Below, piece after piece: positions 1-11,441 of a stretch of 32,000 nucleotides of DNA; the first letter of the stretch is position 1; each line of letters opens with the position of its first letter. The position numbers and the translations under genes were made by a program. Origin of the DNA: Promethearchaeum syntrophicum (GTDB taxonomy: Archaea; Asgardarchaeota; Lokiarchaeia; Sigyniarchaeales; Promethearchaeaceae). The stretch lies in NCBI RefSeq assembly GCF_008000775.2, contig NZ_CP042905.2, forward strand, positions 4,080,001-4,112,000, given 5' to 3'. The notes under the pieces are model-generated. The model worked only from the letters and a program-made list of their open reading frames with translations. It was not told where the DNA came from and did no database searches.

Positions 1-699
1 AATGAAAAAGTTTTTATTGATAAAAAACCCGAGAATTGGGATAAAAAATGGTATTTTGGATACAGAGATATTTCTGGAACGGATAATGAAAGAAGTTTCA
101 TAATTTCTGTATTTCCGCATAGTCCTTTTGTAAGTACTCTTAATGTTATAACAACAGATAAATTTAGGAATGAATTTATTTGCTTAATAGCTAACTTATC
201 ATCAATCATCTTTGATTTTATTGCTAGGAATAAAATTTCGGGGATCCATTTCTCTCAATATATTGTTAAGCAACTACCTGTATTTCCACCAGAAGTGTAT
301 TCAAAAGATCTCTTATTTCAAATCAAAAAAAGAGTTATAGAACTTGTTTATACATCTTCGGAAATGAATACTTTTATTACTGATTTTGGTTTCAAAGAGG
401 AATTAAAACCTTACAACTGGAAAGAAGAGAGAAGAGAGAAATTAAAAGCAGAGTTAGATGCAATATTTTCTTTAATGTACGGTTATAATAGAGAAAACCT
501 TCAATATATATTAAATACTTTTTCAAGATTACGAACAAATGAATTGAAATTACTTGGGGAGTTCAGAACAAAAAGACTGATCCTTGAATCTTATGATAAT
601 TTTGATTCCGATCCAAAATTAGGACCATTATTTCGACTAGAATCTATTAATTTGAAAAAAATAAATAGCAATTATTTAGCCAGAAGTGAAATAAAATGA
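1..699 (+). CDS. C-terminal part of an Eco57I/PglX/DISARM DrmMI-type adenine-specific DNA methyltransferase (5' end outside the window)
   Basis: Frame 1 is open from base 1 to the TGA at 697-699, so the tracked ORF at 295 (GTG) is an internal start. It translates to [50 protein letters not shown]...[40 protein letters not shown]. This matches the conserved region after the catalytic domain in large type IIG/ISP/DISARM methylases (GYRDI..T.NER..I....P, NSx.FD...R.K..G.H......QLP..PP). Confidence 0.78.
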   Translation, partial: NEKVFIDKKPENWDKKWYFGYRDISGTDNERSFIISVFPHSPFVSTLNVITTDKFRNEFICLIANLSSIIFDFIARNKISGIHFSQYIVKQLPVFPPEVYSKDLLFQIKKRVIELVYTSSEMNTFITDFGFKEELKPYNWKEERREKLKAELDAIFSLMYGYNRENLQYILNTFSRLRTNELKLLGEFRTKRLILESYDNFDSDPKLGPLFRLESINLKKINSNYLARSEIK

Positions 700-3600
700 A
701 AAATATATTCTTACAAATTAAAACAATTCAAGAGCAATATAAATCCTTTATCCGCTCTTACCAGAAATTCAACAACCCAAAAATTCGTGATTGGGTTCAC
801 AAACAAATAGAAAGTGGAGGATTTATTTATCAGAATCCTGTCATTGATATTTCTCCCCAGTATAAGAAAGGTAAAAAACTTGAGGATTTCATCAGTGATT
901 CCACACTTCATCAAGAGATATCGGATATATTCTGGGCGGATAAAGATAATAAATCCATCAAGATTCATCCATACATTCATCAAGAACAAGCAATTCAGAA
1001 AACGGTTGCAGAAAATAAGAATATTATCGTTAGCACGGGAACGGGTTCAGGAAAATCAATGTGTTTTTGGATCCCAATTGTTTCACATTGCTTGAATGTA
1101 AAGGGTTCCAAAGGAGTAAAGACAATTGTTATCTATCCCATGAATGCACTTGCAAATTCACAATATCTGGATATTGTAGAAAGACTTCATGGTACAGGAA
1201 TAACGGTCGCAAAATATACGGGCGAAATGAAGAACACAGAAGAGCAAGCCCGAAATTATATTCAAAATGTTATTAAACGCAATATTTTCGATAGTGAAAT
1301 TGTTTCTCGCGAAGCAGTGGAAAAGAACCCACCAGATATTCTTATAACAAATTACAAAATGCTTGAATTGTTACTCACAAGGCATTTCAACCAGAAAATT
1401 TTCCGTGATAATGAAAAGGGGACCTTAAAATTTCTGGTTTTGGATGAAATCCATACATATAGTGGAAACAGCGGTGCAGATGTCGGATGTCTGATACGAA
1501 GGACAAAAGAGAAATTAAAAATGGATAAACCTATATGTATCGGAACTAGCGCAACAATAGAAGATACATCATCAATCAAAGGCAATATCATAAAAGAATT
1601 TGCAGAGAATATTTTTGGCGAACCCTTTCCTGATGATTTTCTCATTCAAGCAGAATATCTTGAAGAAATTATTCCTTCAGAAAAAACCATAGAATTACCA
1701 GATAAATCTAAGGTTAATCCGAAAGACATTGAAAAATTTAATAATTCTATTGGAAATACACTCCCGTTAGCAAAATCCCTTGTGAAATCAGAAGAAATCA
1801 TCCCTTCCTCACCTAATGAAAAGAATCTTGGCGAAATTTTCCAATATCATCCCACACTCGCTTTTATTAAGACACAAATTCGAGATACAGGACCTCAAAC
1901 AATTGAAAACATAGCAACTCTCTACCAAAAGTTGCAACGCAAGACCTTATCGATCGATGAATGTATTTTAGAGATAAAAGCAGGGTTATTGGTGGGTACA
2001 TTTTGCCAAGCGAAATTTGAGAATAAATATAGGTCTATTTTAGTTCCCAAAATCCATTTATTTTTCACCCAAGGAACGGTTATTCATGGTACATTAACTT
2101 CAAATGATCCTAATGATATAAAATTGGACATAAGTGGTGATAAAACACTTAATATCAAGGGAAATAAATCGGATGAAATACAGAATCGCGAAATACCTAT
2201 TTTTCCACTTGTGTTTTGTAAGCAATGTGGTTCGGAATTCTTTGGAGTGAAAGAAATGGAAAACGGCTTTTTATCCTCAGAATATTATAATCCATTTATT
2301 TCAGGACAGAGATTAATTATTTCCAAAATGGACGATACCAATCATACGCTCCATGATCTCGGAATTCCACCTGAATGGTTTAAAAGAGATGGGGGTATAC
2401 GTAAAAATTATATAGATAAAGTTCCTCAGAAAGCCTATTATTCCCCAAAACATAACATATTAAATCCGGAGTTAGATGATCCAGATAAGTTTTCCGTCTG
2501 GATTATCCCTGAAAGTTTTGAATTTTGCCCTAAATGTGCTGTTATTCATTCCAGTAATACAAGTAGGTTTCGTAAATTTTATTCATTTGATATTGTTGGT
2601 CGAAGTACAGCAACTGATATTTTAGTCTCAAATGCACTTACAGTACTTGAAAAGAAGCAGAAAAAAATTCTTATATTCTCGGATAATAGACAAGAAACAG
2701 CATTTCAAGCAGGCCATCTTAGAGATTTTCAAAGAAGAGTTTCATTCCAGCATGTAATGACCCATACATTAAAAATATTAAGTTCAAATAATGAATTTTT
2801 AGAACCAGGATATACTGGAAAAGATATATTTGCTAATATGAAAAAGATCTATGACTCAAATCCAGATATTGATTTTAAACTACCTTATGTTGAAGGTAAG
2901 CGTGAAAGCCGAGCGGAACGGCATTTCAAGGAATTTTTGGAATTCCTTGCATTATCTGAATTAAAATCTTCTAGTTATATTCTCCATACTGGAGTAGAAC
3001 GCTTTGGATTATTAAAGATTGTATACACTGGACTGGAAAAGCTAATTTCAAACACATCATTATGGTCTTCTGTACCCTCTCTATTAACACTTACTGATGA
3101 ACGACGATACGATTTGATTAGAGGTATTTTAGATGAGATAAGATGGTTTGGTGCAATTAACCATGATTTTCTAAATAAAACGGGAGATCACCTATCCAAT
3201 TGGGAAGATCATATACTACCACACTTCATGCAAGATCCAGGGGATTTCTTTTACAGAATATATGGCTATTCAGATGAGGAATTGAAGCAAGGAAAAAGGT
3301 TTAAAGGTCCACGGGTCATAACTCGAAAATTTAGCACACCCAGATCAACATTGAATAACTGGCTGAGAACTTTTATCAAAGTGAAAGCTGAAGAAGCATC
3401 GGAGATTTTGCTTTCAATTAAGGATGTTTTAATTCACAATGAATATTTAAATAAATTTACGACTTCTGTTGATTATAAAAATATCATTCAAGTTAATCCA
3501 AATAAAATAGAAATGCACTATAATCCAGATTCTAAAGTGAATTATTGCACGAAATGTCAGAGAGTTTATAATTTTAAAACAGTTGATGAATGTATTAGAA

Positions 3601-6104
3601 AAAGTTGTAGAGGAAAACTTGTTCTAACTGATTTCAATAATGATTACTATTATCGACTTTATAATTCTGAAATAAAACTGGATTCGAATATCCGACCTAG
3701 TGAACATAATGCATCACTAAAAGTTGACGATCGTGCAGATATTGAAAACAAATTCATAAAGCAATTCTTGAATGTATTGGTATCAACACCCACTATGGAG
3801 CTAGGTATTGATATAGGGAGTCTTTCTGCAGTTCTCCTACGAAATGTTCCTCCAGATGCAAGTAGATATGCCCAGAGGGCAGGTAGGGCAGGTAGATCAG
3901 GACAGACATCATTTGTGATGGTATTTTGTTCGTCAGGATTGTCTTCTAATAGGGGCCCACATGATAGATATTTCTACAAAAATCCAGAGAAAATCATTGC
4001 AGGACGTATTACTCCACCCCAGTTTGAACTAAATAACAAAAAATTGATTCAGAAGCATATTAACTCAATTATTATCCAAACAATTTCAAGTCATTTTAAA
4101 TTTGATAGGATGCCCAAACTGATATTTAAGGTAGAACATAAAGTAACGCCCCCCATTGTGGAATTAAATGAGGAATATAGTAAAGAACTTCAAGATGCCT
4201 TGAATTCCCATGAAACACGGATAATTAATTCAATTAGAAATATTTTCAGTAAGGAACTTGAAAGAACTGAATTCTCATGGCTCAATGAAACTTTGATTAT
4301 GAATTACGTGAAAAACTTCACCAATAGATTAAATGAAAATTACGGATTTTTCAGAAGATTACTTATCGAATACATTTTGGATCAAAGAAAATTGGAAGAT
4401 CTAATATTCGGAACAAGAAATAAAGAATTGGAAAGGAGGAAAATAACAATTTCAATTCAAATTGCAAAGATGCTAACAGGTGATGATGAATTTTTCATAT
4501 TTAATTACTTATCGGATCATGGATTTCTCCCAAATTATGGATTTTCATCAAGCAATACTGCAATACAAATGTATAAAAGCAGACCACCGAATATGGGAGA
4601 ACATGTATTTCATAGAGAAGCAATTATTGCCTTGAGAGAATTCGCGCCCCTTAACTCGATTTATTTCATGGGCTCCAAATATAGAGTAAATCGGGCAAAT
4701 TTACAGAATCAAGATGGTGAAAATGTTGGGATGGATAAGTGTTATATATGTGAAGATTGTAATTATATTGATTTTGGAACAGCAGTTGATACACGGCAGT
4801 ATTGTCCTATGTGTGGTGCATCAATAACTCCAAGTAGAGATATTCACAATTGCATTCCTTTCCCAACCATGAAGGCATCTTCGGGTGATTATATTGGATG
4901 TGATGAAGAACAAAGATCCATTAAATATTATGATGTAGTGGTTAATTACAAAGAACAACCTGAAAAAATGGAATATTTCGAGATAGATTCAAATGATGGA
5001 AATGTGTATGTAAAAGGTTCTTTTGATAGAGATGCACTTATTTACCATATAAATAAGGGACAAATTTCTTTCAATCCTGCAAATGATCAAAAATCAACTC
5101 CTTTCAATTTTTGTCTGGCATGTAACCAATGGGTTTCAGCAAAACGCGTGGAAGAGCACTTAACTGATGGAACAAAATTCTCTTGTAGAAATAAGCCAGT
5201 AGAAAGCGATATTCTAAAAGACCTGCTTCTTTTTACTAAGGGAACCCATGATGTAATAAAACTTAAATTTTCAATCTCAGATGAAATCATACAAAAAGGA
5301 GAAATGGAGATTGCTAAATACTATATTACGGTGAAAGAAGTTATTTTACAATCGATTCTAACCTCATTTAATTTATCGGAGCGAGAATTAGGAGGATTTA
5401 TACTTCCAATTCCAAATTCTAATGAGAAACACATTGTCATTTATGAATCCGAAGAGGGGGGAATGGGTGTATTAAAATCATTAATACATAAGGAAGATCG
5501 ATGGAATAGATTCTTAAAGAATATATTGGAACTAATACACATTAAGCAAGCAGATCCATTTGAAGAATATCCCGATAGTTGTAATAAGGTATGTTATAAT
5601 TGCTTACTCGGTTATTGGAACCAAAGAGAACATAATTATTTAGATAGACAAGTAGTAATTCCTCTAGTTTTATTGCTATCTGATTCTAAGATTAAAATGG
5701 TTTCCGTCAATCCTATAGAAATTCAGATGCAAAAGCTCAAAAATCTTCTCGGAGCAGGCCCCGATTCACATCTTGAGGTCAGAATTTTGGATTTCATGCT
5801 TTCTATGAAAATTCCACTTCCAGATGAAGCTCAATATAATATCAAGATTAAAAATGATGAAGGAGAAGAGTATATAGTAACATCAGCGGATTTCTATTAT
5901 AAGAATAAGAATATCTGTGTGTTTGTGGATGGTCCACCTCATGCAAAAACTCAAGAATCAGACAAAGAAAAAAGACGTAAAGTAAGGAGCACGGGAAAAG
6001 GAGTTTACGAGATGGATTTCTTTACTGGGATCGAAGAAGGACAATCAATACCTGATGAATTAATTGAAAAACGTCTAAATGAATTCAAGAATTATATTTC
6101 TTAA
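696..6104 (+). CDS. Large SF2 DEAD/DEAH helicase with DUF1998-type C-terminal region and a terminal PD-(D/E)XK/Vsr-like (DUF559-type) nuclease domain; DISARM/MrfA-related
   Basis: Walker [14 protein letters not shown] box ([11 protein letters not shown]), SAT (GTSATIE), motif VI-like [11 protein letters not shown]. Multiple zinc-ribbon CxxC pairs. DUF1998 signature [20 protein letters not shown]-terminus [34 protein letters not shown] resembles the nuclease core of DUF559/Vsr-like domains. ATG overlaps the upstream TGA (ATGA). Confidence 0.85.
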   Translation: MKNIFLQIKTIQEQYKSFIRSYQKFNNPKIRDWVHKQIESGGFIYQNPVIDISPQYKKGKKLEDFISDSTLHQEISDIFWADKDNKSIKIHPYIHQEQAIQKTVAENKNIIVSTGTGSGKSMCFWIPIVSHCLNVKGSKGVKTIVIYPMNALANSQYLDIVERLHGTGITVAKYTGEMKNTEEQARNYIQNVIKRNIFDSEIVSREAVEKNPPDILITNYKMLELLLTRHFNQKIFRDNEKGTLKFLVLDEIHTYSGNSGADVGCLIRRTKEKLKMDKPICIGTSATIEDTSSIKGNIIKEFAENIFGEPFPDDFLIQAEYLEEIIPSEKTIELPDKSKVNPKDIEKFNNSIGNTLPLAKSLVKSEEIIPSSPNEKNLGEIFQYHPTLAFIKTQIRDTGPQTIENIATLYQKLQRKTLSIDECILEIKAGLLVGTFCQAKFENKYRSILVPKIHLFFTQGTVIHGTLTSNDPNDIKLDISGDKTLNIKGNKSDEIQNREIPIFPLVFCKQCGSEFFGVKEMENGFLSSEYYNPFISGQRLIISKMDDTNHTLHDLGIPPEWFKRDGGIRKNYIDKVPQKAYYSPKHNILNPELDDPDKFSVWIIPESFEFCPKCAVIHSSNTSRFRKFYSFDIVGRSTATDILVSNALTVLEKKQKKILIFSDNRQETAFQAGHLRDFQRRVSFQHVMTHTLKILSSNNEFLEPGYTGKDIFANMKKIYDSNPDIDFKLPYVEGKRESRAERHFKEFLEFLALSELKSSSYILHTGVERFGLLKIVYTGLEKLISNTSLWSSVPSLLTLTDERRYDLIRGILDEIRWFGAINHDFLNKTGDHLSNWEDHILPHFMQDPGDFFYRIYGYSDEELKQGKRFKGPRVITRKFSTPRSTLNNWLRTFIKVKAEEASEILLSIKDVLIHNEYLNKFTTSVDYKNIIQVNPNKIEMHYNPDSKVNYCTKCQRVYNFKTVDECIRKSCRGKLVLTDFNNDYYYRLYNSEIKLDSNIRPSEHNASLKVDDRADIENKFIKQFLNVLVSTPTMELGIDIGSLSAVLLRNVPPDASRYAQRAGRAGRSGQTSFVMVFCSSGLSSNRGPHDRYFYKNPEKIIAGRITPPQFELNNKKLIQKHINSIIIQTISSHFKFDRMPKLIFKVEHKVTPPIVELNEEYSKELQDALNSHETRIINSIRNIFSKELERTEFSWLNETLIMNYVKNFTNRLNENYGFFRRLLIEYILDQRKLEDLIFGTRNKELERRKITISIQIAKMLTGDDEFFIFNYLSDHGFLPNYGFSSSNTAIQMYKSRPPNMGEHVFHREAIIALREFAPLNSIYFMGSKYRVNRANLQNQDGENVGMDKCYICEDCNYIDFGTAVDTRQYCPMCGASITPSRDIHNCIPFPTMKASSGDYIGCDEEQRSIKYYDVVVNYKEQPEKMEYFEIDSNDGNVYVKGSFDRDALIYHINKGQISFNPANDQKSTPFNFCLACNQWVSAKRVEEHLTDGTKFSCRNKPVESDILKDLLLFTKGTHDVIKLKFSISDEIIQKGEMEIAKYYITVKEVILQSILTSFNLSERELGGFILPIPNSNEKHIVIYESEEGGMGVLKSLIHKEDRWNRFLKNILELIHIKQADPFEEYPDSCNKVCYNCLLGYWNQREHNYLDRQVVIPLVLLLSDSKIKMVSVNPIEIQMQKLKNLLGAGPDSHLEVRILDFMLSMKIPLPDEAQYNIKIKNDEGEEYIVTSADFYYKNKNICVFVDGPPHAKTQESDKEKRRKVRSTGKGVYEMDFFTGIEEGQSIPDELIEKRLNEFKNYIS

Positions 6105-6109
6105 CCAAA

Positions 6110-6156
6110 AATGATGATAAATTTTGCAGATTCTTTTAAAAGCAAATATTATCATT
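6110..6156. terminator. Possible imperfect hairpin between convergent genes
   Basis: AATGATGATAATTTTGC...GCAAATATTATCATT forms an imperfect inverted repeat in the 88-bp gap between converging ORFs ending at 6104 (+) and 6193 (-), followed by T-rich sequence. Confidence 0.3.
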
Positions 6157-6192
6157 ATTAGAATAATTTTTTTTATTTTCAGGTCAAAAAAA

Positions 6193-7128
6193 TTAATCTT
6201 CTTCTTCAATTTCGATTTTTCTTGCTAAAAATAATCCCCAATTTTGTTTTTGCTTTCGTTTTAGAGGAGAATATAAAGTGATTTTTAGGTTTGATTCACA
6301 AAGAGAGATATTCAGAAGATTTATTTTGGATTTGTTAAAAGATTGAAAATCTGATATCAAATTAAAAAGACTATGCATTTGTTTGATAGAAAAGAAGAAT
6401 TGATTCTTGCTCTTAATTTTTTGTTGGATAATTTGATGGTATTCACTCTCTTTCTCAATTATAAAAATCCTCAGTGAATCATTAAAATTTTTTTCTAAAA
6501 CATGGCAATTTTTGTAATGATATGAATCCCCCCAATTTTTTAGGGGAGATTCCTTCTCAAAATTCTTCTTAGAATCTAATTTTGAAGGAATCTGAATCTT
6601 ATTGGTGAAATCTAAAAAGATTGTTATTGATAGATCTACTGGTTCTATTTTGAGAATTGATGTACTATATGGTGAGATTTTCACATCATCACATTGTTTT
6701 TTCTTGAGAAGGGTGTTTAATTTTGAGATAATGGGTAGAATTCTGCAAAATTCAATAGAGTAAGTATTTAGAACCTTTTGTGAGTCTAAAATTGAATGAT
6801 GGTCAGTTATTCCTAATATACCCAACTCACCTAGTGCTAGATGAGAATTCACAATGTTAGGGAAAAATTGACCCCAAAATTCAGCATAACCACTAATATT
6901 CTTTGAAATCTTAACTTTTTTTGGATCTTTTTCGAATAGTGTAATCTGAGTAAGCTTTTGTTGATTTTTTCTTATCATCGATTTCTGGAGCAATGACTTA
7001 TTCAAATCAATCATACGGTTTTTGAGATTAAAACTTGCAGAATTTATGAATCTATTTAAATCAGATTGAATCAATTTGCTTTCTAAATTTCTATCTTCTT
7101 TTTTTGCTTTCAAAATTTTCCTTCTCAT
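6193..7128 (-). CDS. Hypothetical protein of unknown function (311 aa)
   Basis: Intact ORF with no recognisable family motif. Contains GYAEFWGQFFPNIVNSHLALGELGILGITDHHSI. Confidence 0.6.
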   Translation of the reverse strand: MRRKILKAKKEDRNLESKLIQSDLNRFINSASFNLKNRMIDLNKSLLQKSMIRKNQQKLTQITLFEKDPKKVKISKNISGYAEFWGQFFPNIVNSHLALGELGILGITDHHSILDSQKVLNTYSIEFCRILPIISKLNTLLKKKQCDDVKISPYSTSILKIEPVDLSITIFLDFTNKIQIPSKLDSKKNFEKESPLKNWGDSYHYKNCHVLEKNFNDSLRIFIIEKESEYHQIIQQKIKSKNQFFFSIKQMHSLFNLISDFQSFNKSKINLLNISLCESNLKITLYSPLKRKQKQNWGLFLARKIEIEEED

Positions 7129-7263
7129 TCATTTTTTTACTTCAAGATTAAAAATATCGACAATATTCTTATTACTAAAACCAAGTAGCTATAATTTTCA
7201 ATAGAATTTTAAATTTCATCGCACAATTAATAACCCGTAAATAATCCATTATTAAAAGAACAA

Positions 7264-7629
7264 TTAGTTTCCTTCTTTTTCTTTACATGCTAATATTTTC
7301 TTTTTAGTTTTTTCATTAATTGGGAAATCACCGTATTTCAAAGATATTTCATACCAGACTAAAGCATCTTTGAATTTTCCTTCTATTTGATAAATTTCAC
7401 CTTTAGAATCACTATAATTTGCGAGTTTTTCATATTTAGAATGTAGTTCTTTATCAGACGCGTTTTTTACAAAATCTAAAACTTCATCAATTATTTCGTG
7501 GACACGTTCGAATTCTCTCAAATATCCCATATTATATGCATCTAAATTAAACAACCAGAAGGTTACATAAATCAATTCACGAATCTCATAAAATCTAAAT
7601 AATTTATTTGTTTCTTCGTATCTTTTCAA
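7264..7629 (-). CDS. Small TPR-like protein downstream of the pseudo-methylase gene
   Basis: ORF of 121 aa with a TPR-like helical pair: ELHSKYEKLANYSDSKGEIYQIEGKFKDALVWYEISLKYG. Same strand, 32 nt after the 850-aa ORF. Confidence 0.5.
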   Translation of the reverse strand: MKRYEETNKLFRFYEIRELIYVTFWLFNLDAYNMGYLREFERVHEIIDEVLDFVKNASDKELHSKYEKLANYSDSKGEIYQIEGKFKDALVWYEISLKYGDFPINEKTKKKILACKEKEGN

Positions 7630-7661
7630 CCGAGATAATGCAAATATTTTGGAACTCCTAT

Positions 7662-10214
7662 CTATTCTTTTCCTTTATATTTATATCCAAGTAATTCATC
7701 GATCCTTGGGGGTAAGATTTCGCGGCATTCATCGGCGGCTATTTCATCCATATCTTCTCCATGTGCACTCGGATTGCGAAATCTAATTGCGATTTCCTTA
7801 AATGAGTTGACAAAATCTTTATCTTTAAAAATCATGGAGCTGAATTCTTCTAAAAGAAATTGTTTAAAATGTTGTATCAGTGGACTTTTTTTAAGTGTTT
7901 TTTTGCCTCCAGCAAAATTAAGATAATTATTCATATCTCCCAGTGTAATTTTTAATCGTGTTCCAGAATTGGTTCTTAAACTTTGAATTTCCTTTGCAAA
8001 TTTATAAGTTTTATCAAATTTCAAATTAATTTCATCGGACAAAAAATTATCTATATCTTCTAAATGAATATTAAGATATTCGATAAAAGGAAGAAATATT
8101 TTACTTTTTGCTTCTCTCTCAAAGGATTTACAGTAATTATCAATTACTCCATTGTACATTGTATATTTAGTATACTTATATGATTCGTATTGTTGCTCCG
8201 CTTGAGGTAAGACATCTTTACTGAAATCTGTTAGATAATCCCAGAATTTTATTTTTTCTTTTAGCATCGCGATACAATTCATAGAAAAATCTTGGTAGAA
8301 TTCTGCCATGAATAAGGAGAAATCCAGTTTAGAACGATCAGAATCAGATGATTCATTTTGTTTAGAATCAAGATCTTGAATGAAACTGGTAAAATCTGGA
8401 ATTTCATTAATAACTAAAAATTGACCACCTGAAAAACAATAAAGATTTTCACCAGTAATAAGAAAAGCTTTCTTTATCTTATGGTCCTTACACAAATCTA
8501 CATATTTCTGATGAATTTCCTTCAAATCTAAAAATTTATCCCGAATGAAGATAAATGAAATCAACTCTTCATTCTGGAACAACGCTATGTCGATTATTTC
8601 GGTATCTAGAATCAAATCCGACTTACATTCCCAAGATTTCTGTCTGAGAGAATCCATATAAATCATTAACATTTTTCTATAACGTAAATATACCGGGACG
8701 GAGTTATCTGATAAATCTTCTAAACTTGATTGATCCAAAATGGGGATCTGTAAGGATTTGAGATCATCGATAGAAATATGTAATCCTCTCATTGTTTTAT
8801 TAACAAGAGTTGTGAAAATTCGCTTACCAGCTTCAGTATTGAAGAAGATTAAGTTTAAATATGAAGGAAATTGAAGAGAACGGATAACAATAATATTTTC
8901 GGATGCAATACATAGAGGATCTTCTTTGGAGACAATATATGTTTTAAGGGTGAGGTTATTGATGGAATGAATCGCGGGTACTAAGATATCCCCGGGTTTT
9001 AACTGAAAATTTTTGATTTTTTCAACATTCTCCATTTTAATGTATTTTTGAACAATCTCTCGGTTTCTTCTTCTTTCGTTGAATGGTTGAATTCTTCCTT
9101 CTAAAAAGTTTCGAGGTCCCACGACCATTATTTCACCAGAATTTGAGAGAATTTCCGAAATGTTCATTCTATGAATGCCTTGAAAAATTTTAGCAAATTC
9201 CCCTAAATTTTTGTAATTCAGGGATAAAATTGCATTAGATAATACACGATATTTAGGAGAATAATAATTCCAGTCCAATCGATATTGAGGGTGCTTAAAA
9301 ATATCATTAAGAGTAATTTCGATTGAATTTTGATTTTCAAGATCCACATTATTTGATTTTTCATCAAAATTCCTTAAATTAATCATTTTTATTGATGGTT
9401 TTGAAGATTTTTTTTTGATTTCTATCAAAATGAGTTCAAACCTTTGATGTACCCCTTCTATAGAACCATAAGGTAAATTAACGATTTGTTCAATGCAATA
9501 TCCTTCTAATATCTGCTTCCTTGTTTGAGTGAACCTATATCCAACGAGAAAAGATTTACCAACCAAAGCTATCATGGATCCGTTATCTTTTAATAATTTA
9601 AGTAATTTTAGAAAAAAATCGTTTCTTTTCCTTGGAGATTTTATATATGGTTCAGAAATGATATTATAGAAAATTAGATCGAATCTTTGATCTTTTTCTT
9701 TTTTTTGCTCTGGGTTAACAATATTTTCCTTTTTTGAAAAATCCAATAAGGTTCGAATTTCAGGAATCAGTGTGGATTTTTTCCCCCTTACCTTATAAAT
9801 ATCTATCAAATTAATCCCAGGATTCAAGATTTTTACAATACTTCTAAGATATTCATTTTCTTCTGTAGCAAAAATTATTGCATCTGTATCGATCCGTGCT
9901 AGAAATTCCCCATATCCAATATTAGGAATAAAAATATTAGAAAAATGCAATTTAAAGACTCTGATTTGCACTAATTTCCAAATGAGATCAGAAAATTTTG
10001 TAAATAAGATTTCTCTGTGCGGTCGTCTTGCAGTATTGACGATATATTCATTTCCCATTAAATCCAAGAGTTTGTAAAAATTAGAGTAACTGTGGTCTTT
10101 TTCTGACCGTAAAAGGTTGAGCAAAACTTCTAACCTTTTAGTTCGTTCAACTTCAATCTTTTCTTGCACAGTTGTTGTTTTTTCCATCTTTGGTTCTTCC
10201 TTTTTTAATTCCAA
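7662..10214 (-). CDS. N6-methylase-like (HsdM-like) protein lacking the catalytic motif, fused to an HsdS-like target recognition region and a C-terminal HEPN-like domain
   Basis: IPNIGYGEFLARI occupies the DPxxGSGGFL (motif I) position. FDLIFYNIISEPY occupies the FDxIxxNPPY (motif IV) position. LLKDNGSMIALVGKSFL...QIVNLPYGSI follows as in N6 methylases. YRLDWNYYSPKYRVL..NLGEFAKIFQG...KPGDILVPAI...TMRGLHISIDDLKSLQIPI is HsdS-TRD-like. C-terminus FRNPSAHGEDMDEIAADECREIL carries an RX4H HEPN-type motif. Confidence 0.7.
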   Translation of the reverse strand: MELKKEEPKMEKTTTVQEKIEVERTKRLEVLLNLLRSEKDHSYSNFYKLLDLMGNEYIVNTARRPHREILFTKFSDLIWKLVQIRVFKLHFSNIFIPNIGYGEFLARIDTDAIIFATEENEYLRSIVKILNPGINLIDIYKVRGKKSTLIPEIRTLLDFSKKENIVNPEQKKEKDQRFDLIFYNIISEPYIKSPRKRNDFFLKLLKLLKDNGSMIALVGKSFLVGYRFTQTRKQILEGYCIEQIVNLPYGSIEGVHQRFELILIEIKKKSSKPSIKMINLRNFDEKSNNVDLENQNSIEITLNDIFKHPQYRLDWNYYSPKYRVLSNAILSLNYKNLGEFAKIFQGIHRMNISEILSNSGEIMVVGPRNFLEGRIQPFNERRRNREIVQKYIKMENVEKIKNFQLKPGDILVPAIHSINNLTLKTYIVSKEDPLCIASENIIVIRSLQFPSYLNLIFFNTEAGKRIFTTLVNKTMRGLHISIDDLKSLQIPILDQSSLEDLSDNSVPVYLRYRKMLMIYMDSLRQKSWECKSDLILDTEIIDIALFQNEELISFIFIRDKFLDLKEIHQKYVDLCKDHKIKKAFLITGENLYCFSGGQFLVINEIPDFTSFIQDLDSKQNESSDSDRSKLDFSLFMAEFYQDFSMNCIAMLKEKIKFWDYLTDFSKDVLPQAEQQYESYKYTKYTMYNGVIDNYCKSFEREAKSKIFLPFIEYLNIHLEDIDNFLSDEINLKFDKTYKFAKEIQSLRTNSGTRLKITLGDMNNYLNFAGGKKTLKKSPLIQHFKQFLLEEFSSMIFKDKDFVNSFKEIAIRFRNPSAHGEDMDEIAADECREILPPRIDELLGYKYKGKE

Positions 10215-10370
10215 TTTGTTAATAGTACTTTAAATTATCGAAGAATGATACCCTTTTAATTTCTTCATAAAGTCTCTCAATCTATCAAATAAGTAGAAAT
10301 TGGAAGTTGTTAAAATTTTTAGTAGTAGTAATATCTTTTTTTCGGGGTTGTAATAAGTCTTCCTGTGGAT

Positions 10371-10516
10371 TTACAGAATGAAATGACATTTTTCTTCAAA
10401 CCTTTATATATGTTTTCGAAATTTTTACAGAATGAAATGACATGGTTTATATAGGAATGAAATGACATGGTCGCAGATAATCTGCAATTTTTACAGAATG
10501 AGATGATAAATCTGCA
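10371..10516. repeat. Cluster of four short repeats, consensus TTACAGAATGAAATGACAT
   Basis: Copies: 10371-10390 ttacagaatgaaatgacatt; 10425-10445 ttacagaatgaaatgacatgg; 10451-10470 ataggaatgaaatgacatgg; 10491-10516 ttacagaatgagatgataaatctgca. Confidence 0.8.
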
Positions 10517-10610
10517 CCACATTAAAAGAAATTTAAAAAATGAAATAAAAAAAGAATTTCGAATCATAGATATATTAAAATCCACAAACCATTTTAGATT
10601 TTACAAGAAA

Positions 10611-11366
10611 TTAATATCCATAAACCACCGTACTATGTTCTGCGTTTCCCACTTTATCCAGTAAATCTCGATCCGAAATTTGCTCCCCATCTTCCACACT
10701 ATAAGCTCTTGCTTTGGTCTTTCTTTTTCTTAAGGTGTCTAATAATTCTAAAGCTTCAAATTCTGATAAAAATCCAATATAAAAATCATCCCCGTTTTTC
10801 TGAGTTTTTAATTCAAAAAATGAATTTGGAAAAGTATCTACAACCCAATTTTTAAATCCTTTCATATTATTGAATTTCTCCTCAAAATAAACTTCTATTG
10901 CTTCAAAATCTGCCCCACTACCAGAATATATATGTTCTACTCGTTCATAGAGATGGAGTGATCTATCTTCTGTTATTGGGAGGTAATCTTCATCTCTATC
11001 TCCGTATACCATTAATTTTAAGATATAACTACCATATTCTTGTCCTAATTCTTTATTCAGGTTTTTGTCTCCATTTAAATATTTCGATGGAACATTCTCT
11101 TGGGAAAATCTAACATAAATAAATAATCGTATTTTATTCTTATCCCAATCATCGTCTTTTTCAAATATTTTTTCAATCCCGAACCTTAAATCTTCAAAGT
11201 TCTTAAACCCATATTTAGCAAAGAATGAATTCACATCTTCAGGAATTTTCCTTTCTGAAAGAAAATATGCATTGATAAGATCTCGATTAGATTCTGTAGT
11301 AATTAAACAGATCAAAGCTTGAATTTCAAATTTTGAGTCGGTAATTAATTCATTATTATTGTTCAT
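10611..11366 (-). CDS. Hypothetical protein (251 aa), acidic
   Basis: Intact ORF. No motif recognised. Confidence 0.6.
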   Translation of the reverse strand: MNNNNELITDSKFEIQALICLITTESNRDLINAYFLSERKIPEDVNSFFAKYGFKNFEDLRFGIEKIFEKDDDWDKNKIRLFIYVRFSQENVPSKYLNGDKNLNKELGQEYGSYILKLMVYGDRDEDYLPITEDRSLHLYERVEHIYSGSGADFEAIEVYFEEKFNNMKGFKNWVVDTFPNSFFELKTQKNGDDFYIGFLSEFEALELLDTLRKRKTKARAYSVEDGEQISDRDLLDKVGNAEHSTVVYGY

Positions 11367-11441
11367 TTTTTTCCCTCCATTTTTTTTGTTTTATTTAAAA
11401 AAAAACTTGATGTTTATTGATCATAGTTATTTTTGTTTCAA

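Noticed and set aside
814-1645. Short ORFs 814..1095, 1061..1276, 1352..1645 and 711..989
   Set aside because: All lie within the 1802-aa helicase gene in alternative frames and lack domain signals.
1-6104. Canonical DISARM call
   Set aside because: No separate drmA/drmB/drmC genes are adjacent. The only PLD gene is about 22 kb away with a COG1112 helicase.
10371-10516. Clustered repeats considered as a CRISPR array
   Set aside because: Spacing is irregular (54, 26, 40 nt), repeats are short and variable, and no cas genes are adjacent.
10319-10664. ORFs 10319..10585 (-) and 10467..10664 (+)
   Set aside because: Both are generated largely by the repeat cluster (repeated SFCKN/MSFHS-like peptides) and look noncoding.
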